Source of the DNA: Opitutia bacterium
GTDB taxonomy: Bacteria > Verrucomicrobiota > Verrucomicrobiia > Opitutales > T3Sed10-336
Assembly (NCBI GenBank): GCA_050506795.1
Contig: JBJHCF010000004.1
Location: 32,001 to 96,000 of the forward strand
Length of the DNA: 64,000 bases
Direction of reading: 5' to 3'
Below are positions 28,510-37,467 of this stretch, piece after piece. Position 1 is the stretch's first letter. Each line of letters opens with the position of its first letter. Both the position numbers and the translations under genes were made by a program. Under the pieces are notes generated by a model that was not told the origin of the DNA, did no database searches, and saw only the letters and a program-made list of their open reading frames with translations.

Positions 28510-30490
28510 TTGTTGGACCCTCGCGGGGCCATAAACGCCGCGACGTAAAAACGCGTGTAGAGGCGCGGAGCGCCGCTGGCAACGACGAGCGGGCGTTAGC
28601 CCGCGAGGAGGCGCAGCGAGGCCGTTGTCGGCCGAGCGGAGGCCGCGGGGCGAGGCCGCGGAACTGGGGGCGCGGAGCGCCTAGGCGTTCTATTGGCGCG
28701 GCGAAGCCGCTGGTGATTGCAGGCGCGATAGCGCCGTGCGAAGCTGCGAAGCAGCGTAGCGAAGGGCGCTGCCAGGGGCCGCCCCAGGCGCTGGCTGAGC
28801 CAGCGCGTCAGCGCGAGGCGAAACAGCGCGGGGCCACCGCGCCGGGAGGCGGGGGGAAGGCGCCCCTTCCATTCACATTAAGGGGCGCCGCCTGGCGTCG
28901 AGGAGATCAACGGTAGCGATAGCGAGTGAAACGGGGGAGGTTCGCGACGGCGAGGGTCGTGTGGCCGTTCCGCCGACCAGGGCGGGGGCTGGGGGATATA
29001 CTGATTTCAGGCCCCGAGCGAAGCGAGAGCGAATGCGTGGGCCGTGCAACGACGAGTCTTCGAGGAGGCGCAGGGAGCCTTAGCGACCGAAGTTCGCCCG
29101 GGTTAGGCGGGCGAAACTGGGGGCCGGTCCGGATAGCGGCTGGTGAGGGCTCTGCCACAGACGGGTCCCGGGTGGATGGGGTGAGCCCTCGCTGCCTGCG
29201 CCGGGGCGGCCTAGGCCCTACTCTACTGGAGCGAAGCGACAACTGACTCGAGCCCCCGGAGCGGAGCCGGAGCAGACGCCCAGTCCCGCAAGCGCACATG
29301 ATCATCATATGTCAAAAATCCGCCGGAAGAAGGAATACCTGGACTGATGGAGGAAAAGTGAACACGTCAGGATCTTCGGCATATGATCCTCATGTGCGGT
29401 CCCGCTTTTTGGGACGAACTGGAGGGAAGCAGGAAGCATGACACCGGCTTGCCGGTGGCGCGATGCCTGCGAGGGCGTCTGTTCCGGCGGAGCGGAGGGG
29501 GCTTTCCGGGGTTGGGTGTGAGTGAGCTTGCGAACGAACTGGTAGAAGTTTCGAGCGGGAGCGAGCGTCAGCCTTCCCGGCGATTGAGGGTCCAAAGCGG
29601 TCGGCAGCGCGTCGCCGGGGCGAGGCGGATGGGTTGGCGGAGGGCGTTTCCCGGCGTGGCGCTGCTGGTGACTTTCAGCGCCGGAAGGAGCGGTCTGAGG
29701 CGGAGTCTTCGGAGCCTCTGTCCGCGACTCGGCGCCAGAGGGGCGTTCGATTGCAACCGGGGCGAGCAGTCGCTGGCGGATGGTGACCAGAGCGTAACGG
29801 AGCGTCCGGCGTAGCGCAGGGTGGAGCGTAGGGGTGCAGTAGTCCGGTTGCCCGAAGGGTCGCGTAACACGAGGGGACGCGGTGAGCGAAGCCTGTCGCC
29901 GTTAGGCGTCTGGCGAAGCAGCGGCCAATCGTGTTACGCGCCGGACTTCTGCATCCCGAAGCGGAACCCGGAGCGGAGTCGGAAAGCGGCGTGGAGCGAC
30001 GGGAGCGATCGGCCAGCGTCTGCGGTTGGATTGTCCCGAACCGAGCGACCGGAACAGTCGCTCCGGATGCGAGGTATCGAGCAGAAGGAGTGTCTGTGGA
30101 GGGAGCGGCCGGATTACCCGTCAGGGTTGGCGAGGGCGTTCGATTGGAACGGGATCGAGCAGTCTCGGGCCCGCTGCGAGGGAGACCGGGCGAGCGATTA
30201 GCCGCCCAGGTTCGACTAAGCGAAGGGGCCGAGTCTGCGGTTGGATTGTCCGAGGACGAGCGACCGGAACAGTCGCTCTGGAGTGAGGAACGAATGGAGG
30301 AGCGTCTGTGGAGGGAGCGGGATTGCGCCCGTCAGGGGTGGGACGTTGACTTGCAACCGAATCGAGTGGTCGCTGAAGGAAGGGGCGGCGGCGCTAAGGG
30401 CCGTTGCTGCCTTTGGCAGCTGATGGCCCGTGCGGCGACGAACCGACCGGAAGCGTCCACGGTTGGATTACCCGGGGCCGTTCGCTCCGT
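28510..30490 (+). other. ~2-kb non-coding, highly foldable single-strand tract
   Basis: No credible ORF; dense hairpins with GNA/GNNA loops, nested long stems, three repeated modules. Confidence 0.75.
30018..30337 (+). repeat. imperfect ~105-bp direct repeat (30018-30126 and 30233-30337)
   Basis: Shared blocks gtctgcggttggattgtcc, cgagcgaccggaacagtcgctc, gtctgtggagggagcgg, cccgtcaggg. Confidence 0.9.
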
Positions 30491-30955
30491 TTATTGCACG
30501 CCGTGGCGGTTAGCCGCTTGCTCCTCGCGGGCATGTTCCGCGAAGCTATCGGCCAAAGCCAAGACCTCTTCCGGGGTTGGGCTTCTATCGGTTTCAGAGA
30601 AGGCCACCGGACATACCAGCCAGTGAACCGCACGCAAAAGATGGTCGGAGATGAGGGAGGCTGAGCGGCCACGAACCGCAAATTCCCCAGTGTTGAAAAG
30701 CTCCATGTGACGAGACAAATACGTGCAGACCGTGGCAATTGCCGAACCCCGCTCCAATCTGTCGATGTCGTTCGAGTAGGTCTCGTGCATGTAATCTCTG
30801 ATCTCGAGGACATCCGTTACATAATCACGCTTTGTTCCTTCCGGACAAGGACGCCTGACCGCTTCAAGATCTCTCACAAATTCGGAGAACGGATACTGGT
30901 AGCGCGAATTGGCCACTGCGGAGCTCTTCTGACTGTCGCTTTCTGCTCGATTCAT
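30491..30955 (-). CDS. hypothetical protein
   Basis: 154-aa ORF (MNRAES...) with protein-like composition at the end of the early operon. Confidence 0.5.
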   Translation of the reverse strand: MNRAESDSQKSSAVANSRYQYPFSEFVRDLEAVRRPCPEGTKRDYVTDVLEIRDYMHETYSNDIDRLERGSAIATVCTYLSRHMELFNTGEFAVRGRSASLISDHLLRAVHWLVCPVAFSETDRSPTPEEVLALADSFAEHAREEQAANRHGVQ

Positions 30956-31016
30956 GCGGATTGAAGATGTGTCCCCTCGCGGGCAAGGCAAACCTTTGTT
31001 GAGGGCGCTGCAGCAA

Positions 31017-31289
31017 CTACAGGCGCTTGCGCCAATCGGGATTCCTGGCAATCCAGTCGAGGGCGGCGGCGAGCGTTGTGCGGTTGGCGGGCATTGGGAA
31101 GCCGGCTCTGCGCATTCGATAAACGTAGGTGGGATGATGTTTCAATTGCCAGGCCAGTTCCTTGGCAGTGAGCAAGGGTCCGGTCGTGAGGAGATCGACG
31201 GAATTGAGATTCTCCGCGTCCCGCTTCGTCGATGCGTGGCGTCGCTCGATAGAATTCTGGGCTTCGGATTTGAGATTGGAAGTGGTCAT
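31017..31289 (-). CDS. small HTH DNA-binding protein (AlpA/excisionase-like)
   Basis: LLTAKELAWQLKHHPTYVYRMRRAGFP. Confidence 0.65.
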   Translation of the reverse strand: MTTSNLKSEAQNSIERRHASTKRDAENLNSVDLLTTGPLLTAKELAWQLKHHPTYVYRMRRAGFPMPANRTTLAAALDWIARNPDWRKRL

Positions 31290-31385
31290 TGCGAACTGGA
31301 GATTTGAGATTCGAGATTTTGGATTTGAGAAATGCCCTCTCTCGGAGGGTGGAATTGGAAAGTTCCCTGGCCAGTCTCGCGACAG

Positions 31386-31469
31386 TGACACTCCCCTAAA
31401 GGGGAGGTGTCATGTGTCGCGGTGACGGGTTTTGCGATGTGTCGCAATAGGTGTCGCGCAAAGTGTCGC
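31386..31469. repeat. hairpin plus four GTGTCGC direct repeats, putative replication origin
   Basis: tgacactcccc-taaa-ggggaggtgtca; GTGTCGC at 31414, 31439, 31451, 31463. Confidence 0.6.
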
Positions 31470-31501
31470 GGAGAGTCTGGACGGAATTGATCGACCATGG
31501 C

Positions 31502-32647
31502 TTATGCGACGATTTCTTCGCCTTTTTTGGTGAGTTTGTAGCCGTCTTTGCCGGTTCGAAAATAGCCCTCTGTCTTTCCTTTGAGCAAAACGCGCTGCAG
31601 GGAGCGCTTTGAACCGGCGTCGGGACCGCCGAGAGCATCATGGATTTCGCCTATTTTTTTTGCTCCCTCGTGGATCGCGCCCGCGACTTCCGCGAGGCTA
31701 AAGTTGGCGTTTGATCGCTTGCCTTCGACGTCGTCTTTCCATGCCTGGAGGTCGAATGTCGGGTCGATGCCGTAGAGCATCGTCTCTTCGGAGAGCTTCA
31801 AACCGACGGGATCGAAAGGCTTCGCGTCGTTCGATTTTCCGCAGGAAACAACGATGCGGCTCGGGTCGTCCGGATCGGCGGGGGCGATGTTGATCTGCGA
31901 GCGGCAACCCGAATAAAGCGCCTTCGAGCCGAGACCGAAGTTGGATTTATCCCACCCCACCGCCTGGGCGATGTTCTGCCGGCCGGTGCGCCCGTGATGA
32001 ACGATTACGATGGCTGTATCCTGATTGGAACGACGGCAGACCTTGGTGATTTCGCGGAGTGTGTGCCGGATGTCGGCGTCCTTGTTGATGTCGCCGATAT
32101 TCACCTCGCCGAAAGGATCGATGTAGATGACATCGGGTTTGATCAATTCGAGGGTGTCGAGCCACTTCTTTTTGATGTCGTCAGCGCCAAGACAGATAAA
32201 GGCGTCGTCGATCTCGCGAACGACGTGAAAGAACGTGTGTGTTCCGACCAGGCGTTTCTGCTCGGGCGTAAGGCCGCGAGTCATCCGTTGGTAATCGTGT
32301 TGAAGTCGGTGGATGCTGTTCTCGGTGCCGATTAGAAGGTGGCGTAGCGGTTTTTGATAGGTGGACAGGCCGGCGACGGGCCAGCCGAGGATTTGGGAAA
32401 TGGCAATCTGCATCGACAGTCGGCTTTTCCCAGTGCCGCCCTGGCCGACCATGTTCGTCTGCTGTCCGAGGGCAATGACGCCGTCGCCGAGGACGTTTAC
32501 CTTCGGCGGGAGCTTGATCGTGTCGAGCTGATCTCCGGTGAAAACCGTGTAGGGCTTCGGCGGAGGGTTGGTCGAGTTCTCGGCGGCGGCGAATTGGGGA
32601 TCCTCGGTGGCATCCCAGATTTCTCGTGGTGTTTCTGGCTCGTTCAT
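31502..32647 (-). CDS. AAA_25 / RepA-type (RecA-fold) helicase
   Basis: Walker A GQGGTGKS, IGTEN, Walker B IYIDP, IVHH; possible C-terminal wHTH. Confidence 0.82.
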   Translation of the reverse strand: MNEPETPREIWDATEDPQFAAAENSTNPPPKPYTVFTGDQLDTIKLPPKVNVLGDGVIALGQQTNMVGQGGTGKSRLSMQIAISQILGWPVAGLSTYQKPLRHLLIGTENSIHRLQHDYQRMTRGLTPEQKRLVGTHTFFHVVREIDDAFICLGADDIKKKWLDTLELIKPDVIYIDPFGEVNIGDINKDADIRHTLREITKVCRRSNQDTAIVIVHHGRTGRQNIAQAVGWDKSNFGLGSKALYSGCRSQINIAPADPDDPSRIVVSCGKSNDAKPFDPVGLKLSEETMLYGIDPTFDLQAWKDDVEGKRSNANFSLAEVAGAIHEGAKKIGEIHDALGGPDAGSKRSLQRVLLKGKTEGYFRTGKDGYKLTKKGEEIVA

Positions 32648-33516
32648 GCGTGGGAAATGGGTTCGATGTTGAAATGAAGGATGTCCTGGCGAACTCCGGT
32701 ATCGCGTCGACCGCCGGGCAGACGGACCAGTTTGGCAGGATCCCATAGCGTGGGATCGGCCCCGAGAAAGACTGCGTGACGGAAGAAGCGGAGCTTCCCG
32801 TATTCGGATAGTCCCTCCACGAGGAACCAGCCGTGCAGGGATTTGCCTCCGGACCAAACGACGAGGATCAGGGGCCTCTGCTTGGAATGAAGCGAGGAAA
32901 GGATCGCTGCCTGTTCCCGAAGCGTTCCCCGGTCGAACTCGATAACTTGATACCGACGGCTGCGGGTCGCGTTATCGTGACAGCGCGGAGATGGTTTGCC
33001 GGACTGATTGATTCCGGTGGGTGCCGTCATCGCGTTGGCCACGATGAACTGCATGTTCGATTCGAGGCCGCGCCATTTTTCTCGCGGTTGTGTCTGGGCA
33101 CTGCGGGTGTCGAGCGCGAGGCACAATAGCGCGTCTGTTGGATAGAGGCGGTCAATGACTTCTTCGCTGGTCACATCGACTGGTGTGGACCCGAAAAGAA
33201 TAGGGCCAGCCTTCCGCCGATCCCAGGCATCCTGATTGAAAGGAGGCCACGGCAAGGCGGGTTTGGTCGGTCGCGGTAAAACCGGGCCTCCTGTTTCAAA
33301 CGCCCGCTCGACAGCGCGTGCGATCTCGGGCCGGAAGTCGCGGTCGCCCCATCGAGTGGCGACCGCTTCCAGAACGAGGCGGATCTTTTCCGGCGAGGCG
33401 TAGTGGCGAGCATTTCTTGCGACGGTGAAGAACCAAAGGTTTCGATTGCCGGGAGCGGGAGTCTGCTCAAGGAGTTCGGCTAGGGAGCGTGGTAAAGGAT
33501 CAAGTGTGGCCATCAT
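32644..33516 (-). CDS. primase, archaeo-eukaryotic/RepB'-like
   Basis: VIEFD, SGGKSLHGWF, LVRLPG; ATGA-coupled to polymerase and helicase genes. Confidence 0.72.
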   Translation of the reverse strand: MMATLDPLPRSLAELLEQTPAPGNRNLWFFTVARNARHYASPEKIRLVLEAVATRWGDRDFRPEIARAVERAFETGGPVLPRPTKPALPWPPFNQDAWDRRKAGPILFGSTPVDVTSEEVIDRLYPTDALLCLALDTRSAQTQPREKWRGLESNMQFIVANAMTAPTGINQSGKPSPRCHDNATRSRRYQVIEFDRGTLREQAAILSSLHSKQRPLILVVWSGGKSLHGWFLVEGLSEYGKLRFFRHAVFLGADPTLWDPAKLVRLPGGRRDTGVRQDILHFNIEPISHA

Positions 33517-35348
33517 TTGCAGTAGGTTTGGGTTTCGATGCCTTCGGCAGCCACGGGCAAGCCGGGCATCCATGCTGGTGTCTGGGCGAGCAGGTTGGTC
33601 ACCTGCTCGACACCGATGCCGGAGTCTTCCGGCACTTCGCAGATCACTTCGTCGTGAACTGTCCAAAGGATGCGAATACCCGCGTCATGAATTCGGAGCA
33701 GGCCTTCGGCGAAAACATCCCGTGCGGTAGCCTGGACGAGGTTTTCGGTCAGCTTCCCGCCATACCAATGAAGACGGGGGCCGCCTCGTTCGGTTGCGGC
33801 CGTCAGTCCGTCCTCGTCGGCTACGTCGAAGTAGCGGATAACGCGATGCGACGGCAGGCGCATGTGAAACGTGTGACCAGCGTGGCGGCGCATCGATTCC
33901 TCCAGCGAGGCCCAGAAAGCAACCGTTGCAGGGTTGGCTTTGCGGAAGTCGTTCACCGTCGCCCGGGCCTCGGAATGGGAGATTTCGAGGCCGTAGATCT
34001 TGGCGAGGTTCTTGAAGGTCGCGGCGCCCGCGCCGTAGCCCAAGCCGATGACGCGGCATTTGGCGAGGAGGTAGAGACGGGGGTTTTCCTCCTTGAGCTT
34101 GCCGCCCGTCCACCCCATCGAAACCTCCGCGTGCGCCTGGTAGATAGGCAGGCCGTCGGCAATCTTTTCAAGAAGGTCGCGATCTCCGACCATCCACGCG
34201 AGCACTCGCGGTTCGATCTGCGAGAGGTCGGCGGTGATCAGCTTGTGCCCCGGGCGAGCACGAAGGCAGCGGCGTGGGTCGACGCCGTGAAGCGGCTCGC
34301 GGTTGAAGTTTTGGAAGTTCAATCCCGCGTCTCCGGCCCAGCGGCCGGTGGCGATGGCTCCGAAGTATTTCAGGCTGAAAGGGAGCGTGCTATCGGGGCG
34401 ACACCGGTCGCGCATTGTTTCGAGGAGCCGAAGCATCCGGTTCGACTTTCTCCAGTTGCGGATGTGGCCAATCCATGGAAAGCGTTCGCCGTAGCGATGC
34501 TCCCATTCTTCGCAGGCCGGATCGTCCTCGCTCGTCGAGGGTGGAGGCGGAAGATTGTGCCGCCCACATTCGATGGCGAGAGCCTTCGTGCTGGTCGGCT
34601 TTTCGCGGCCAGCCCACGGGAGAGCCCGTTCTGAATCCGCGCATTGTTGGGCGAGAATCGCAATGCCGGCGTCGACGGCTTTGCGGTCGAGATAAACGCC
34701 ATGCTCGCCCTGCTCCACTGTGAGACGCGAAAGACGCCGTTCCTGAGCGGGCCAGTGAAGCGAATACCCAAGCCATAGATCGCATGCGAGCTTGGCGTCT
34801 TCGAGCGCGTAGCCGAGAAGCTGGTCGTCCTGGAGCAAAGTGCGCGATTGGAGCCAATCGGTTCCCTTCATTGCTTTGCGAATGGCCTTGTTTGGCTTCC
34901 GTCCCAGAAGGTGCTGAGCAGCACCCTCCAGATTACGCGGGGCCTGGAGATAGACCGCGAGAGCGGCCGTGTCGTGCCATTCCCGCGGGGCGACATCAGC
35001 CGGGGCGATTCCGAGCTCCTGGAGCCGGGAGAAGACGGCCCGGTCGAAGCGGCTGTTGTGCGACACCCAAATGCACCCGGAGAATTCGTGCCATGGGCAT
35101 TCCTTTGGGTGACCAACGAATTGACCGTGAGGTCCCCAAAAAGAGACCAGGTAGCAATCGAATTTCTTGTCGGCGACGTAGCGGTCGACGCCAACGGCCT
35201 TCAGGTCGTAGCCCTTGCAATAGAAGGTCTCGGTGTCGAAACCGTAGACCCTATTGTCGGTAGCTGTAACCATATTCGGACCAGAGGTCCGTGATGGCAG
35301 ACTCAATTCCATCTGCGGCGAGGGTGTGAAGTTGGTGGAAGCGTTCAT
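33513..35348 (-). CDS. phage-type family A DNA polymerase with 3'-5' exonuclease
   Basis: ExoI FDTET, HNSRFD, YALED; TGRWAG, motif A DLSQIEPR, motif B AK...LGYG, motif C VHDE. Confidence 0.93.
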   Translation of the reverse strand: MNASTNFTPSPQMELSLPSRTSGPNMVTATDNRVYGFDTETFYCKGYDLKAVGVDRYVADKKFDCYLVSFWGPHGQFVGHPKECPWHEFSGCIWVSHNSRFDRAVFSRLQELGIAPADVAPREWHDTAALAVYLQAPRNLEGAAQHLLGRKPNKAIRKAMKGTDWLQSRTLLQDDQLLGYALEDAKLACDLWLGYSLHWPAQERRLSRLTVEQGEHGVYLDRKAVDAGIAILAQQCADSERALPWAGREKPTSTKALAIECGRHNLPPPPSTSEDDPACEEWEHRYGERFPWIGHIRNWRKSNRMLRLLETMRDRCRPDSTLPFSLKYFGAIATGRWAGDAGLNFQNFNREPLHGVDPRRCLRARPGHKLITADLSQIEPRVLAWMVGDRDLLEKIADGLPIYQAHAEVSMGWTGGKLKEENPRLYLLAKCRVIGLGYGAGAATFKNLAKIYGLEISHSEARATVNDFRKANPATVAFWASLEESMRRHAGHTFHMRLPSHRVIRYFDVADEDGLTAATERGGPRLHWYGGKLTENLVQATARDVFAEGLLRIHDAGIRILWTVHDEVICEVPEDSGIGVEQVTNLLAQTPAWMPGLPVAAEGIETQTYCK

Positions 35349-35354
35349 CGCAGG

Positions 35355-35579
35355 TTACCTTTTCCGGGGGTTGACGGTGCAATTTTCCTCCAGCGCCTGC
35401 CGGACGTTCGCCACGTCGAAGCGAACGAGGTGTCCGATTTTGACGTAAGGAATTTTCCTTTGCGCCTGCATCTGGCGAACCCAACGCAAGGAGGGTCTGC
35501 TGGTTTCGTCGAAAAGGGCTTCGAGGAGCCCGTGAGCGTCTACGAGTTTGGTCGATGGAATGTTGGTCGAAGTATTCAT
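35355..35579 (-). CDS. HTH_17/excisionase-like protein
   Basis: SLRWVR...KIPYVKIGHLVRFD. Confidence 0.75.
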   Translation of the reverse strand: MNTSTNIPSTKLVDAHGLLEALFDETSRPSLRWVRQMQAQRKIPYVKIGHLVRFDVANVRQALEENCTVNPRKR

Positions 35580-35696
35580 GATCTGGTGTCATTTATGAGA
35601 AAGTGATGAGTGGTTGGCGGTGGTCCCGATCACCCCCCGGCGTATGCCGGAGGATGACGGGCGTTCACCTATAGTCGGCGATACAACCAGCGGGCG

Positions 35697-35984
35697 TTAC
35701 AGCCGCAGGAAGTCGTCCGAATGAACGAGGATCCAGAAGCCGGGGCGGTTGCGTTCGGAGAGGCAAACGACCGGCGTTTTCTTTTCGGGAGTCGCGAGTT
35801 TCTTCGCCTCGTCCCAGGTGCGAATCGCGGCGAAGCGTTCACGCTGCTTACACTCGATGAAGAGCGTCGGGTGAAGCGTGTCGGAGCGGGTGAGCTTCGA
35901 GTTGCCTCCCGAGAGCGCGTTCCGCTCGGTCTTGAAGAACCTGGCGACGCGGCGCTCGAATGCCTTCCAGCACTTATCGGCCAT
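35697..35984 (-). CDS. small PD-(D/E)XK nuclease (Holliday-junction resolvase-like)
   Basis: KAFERRVA, SD, IECK; start MADKCW. Confidence 0.65.
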   Translation of the reverse strand: MADKCWKAFERRVARFFKTERNALSGGNSKLTRSDTLHPTLFIECKQRERFAAIRTWDEAKKLATPEKKTPVVCLSERNRPGFWILVHSDDFLRL

Positions 35985-36798
35985 TGGGTGCCTCCCTCCC
36001 GTGCGAGCGTGGATCGTATCCCTTCTGGTGGCGCCACATGGCGCATGCCATTTTGAATACTTCCCATTCAGCGAGGAGCTGCCGGGGCCCGTAGCTGACA
36101 ACCTCGACGCGGCCCGGCTCCGTTGTGCTGATGAACACGTTCGCGCCGTAGAGGCGTCCGAGGTTTTCTTCGCCCCAGTAAGTCGCGCCGTAGGCGGCGA
36201 TCTGCATTGCCTGCCCGTCGTAGGCGGTCACGGCGAGGCCGGGTTTGGTTTTGCGCGTCTTGAAGTCGATCACGCCAATCCCGTTGGTGCCGTAGCGGCA
36301 GGCGACATCCATTGTTCCGGCGAAGCCTTCCCTTTGGTTGACGAGGCAGAGCTCGCGCTCGACGAACTGGATCTGTTTGGCTTGCTGCCACGCGATCACC
36401 GGGCTGGTGTAGACTTCCAGATCCGGCGGGACCGGGACGCCGTCGAAGTGCTTTTCGAGAGCGTCATGGATCCGACTGCCGAGATCGGCGGCCTGCTCGA
36501 CCTGGGCGAAGGCTTCCTCGATGATGCGGTCGGCGAGATAGTCGTCGCTTTCGCCCTCGGTGCGGTTGAGCCGCATCGAGGCCAACGCGACCTGCTTCAT
36601 CTTCCACTTGTCGAGTTGTGGCTTGGCAAAAATCCCGAGGATCGAAGTGACGCTCGGATAGAGCCCGAGGCGTTTCGCGTCGCGGATCGTCGTCGGCCGG
36701 AGCCCATCACCGCCCGCCTTGGGCAGGCGGTGACAGGGCGTTCCGTCGGCTTTATACCAGTGCGAGGACTGGACTTGGTCTTTCTTGAGAACGGCCAT
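35974..36798 (-). CDS. PD-(D/E)XK exonuclease (phage recombination type)
   Basis: PSVTSIL, GSRIHDALE, FAGTMD, IDFKT, QIAAY. Confidence 0.8.
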   Translation of the reverse strand: MAVLKKDQVQSSHWYKADGTPCHRLPKAGGDGLRPTTIRDAKRLGLYPSVTSILGIFAKPQLDKWKMKQVALASMRLNRTEGESDDYLADRIIEEAFAQVEQAADLGSRIHDALEKHFDGVPVPPDLEVYTSPVIAWQQAKQIQFVERELCLVNQREGFAGTMDVACRYGTNGIGVIDFKTRKTKPGLAVTAYDGQAMQIAAYGATYWGEENLGRLYGANVFISTTEPGRVEVVSYGPRQLLAEWEVFKMACAMWRHQKGYDPRSHGREAPNGR

Positions 36799-36815
36799 GG
36801 TCGATTTCCTCCGGG

Positions 36816-37382
36816 TCAGAACGGGCAGTTATCGTCGGAATCGACTTCCGGGTTCCACGCGGCGTGAGGCGCGGGAGCCGGAGTCGCTTGTGGGGCCGGG
36901 ACGGCAGGCGTCTGCGGTGTCACCGGAGCCTTGGCGAAGGCCGCGAGCGGAAGGACCTGGCTCTTCAGCTGGTCGATCACCGGAGCAATGCCAACGATGT
37001 TGGCGAAGGTCCGGGTGCCGTCGCGGGAGGTCTTTTGGCCGACCGTGATCATCGCGCCCGCGCCCTTCAACTCGCAGTAGTCCCAGCCGTATTTCGGCGG
37101 GTGGCCGAGCCATGCGGTGAGGAACTTGAAGAGGTTCGACTTCGGCGATCCCGAAATGCGAAACTCGTGGGTCTGCACCCTGTAAATGCGGCCGTCCTGG
37201 CCGCGAAAGCCGAAGAGGAAACGGGTAATGTCGAGCGTTTCCTTCTCAGCAGGATTTTCGAACTTTGGGCGCTCAACGCCGAACTGGTCCTGGATTTCCA
37301 GGCATGTCGCGATTGAGGGCCCGGAGGGGGCGACTTCGGTGATGTCGAACCCGCTCGATTCTGGTTGTTTGAGTAGTGCCAT
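36816..37382 (-). CDS. putative phage ssDNA-binding protein
   Basis: Beta-rich core, Pro/Ala linker, acidic tail DSDDNCPF. Confidence 0.65.
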   Translation of the reverse strand: MALLKQPESSGFDITEVAPSGPSIATCLEIQDQFGVERPKFENPAEKETLDITRFLFGFRGQDGRIYRVQTHEFRISGSPKSNLFKFLTAWLGHPPKYGWDYCELKGAGAMITVGQKTSRDGTRTFANIVGIAPVIDQLKSQVLPLAAFAKAPVTPQTPAVPAPQATPAPAPHAAWNPEVDSDDNCPF

Positions 37383-37467
37383 GATGATTTTGATTCATCA
37401 GGCAGACTCTCCATTGCTCGGGCGTCGTGCCGTCGCTTCCCGGTGAATCTGCCTTCACCGGAAAGGC

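Noticed and set aside
30018..30337. Possible CRISPR array
   Set aside because: Only 2-3 long imperfect units, no constant repeat-spacer period, no cas genes; the PD-(D/E)XK nuclease lacks the Cas4 cysteine set
28452..30626. Track ORFs across the folded tract (e.g. 28452..28916, 29383..29814, 29931..30626)
   Set aside because: Arg/Gly/Ala-rich low-complexity translations on both strands with no motifs; expected by chance at this GC content
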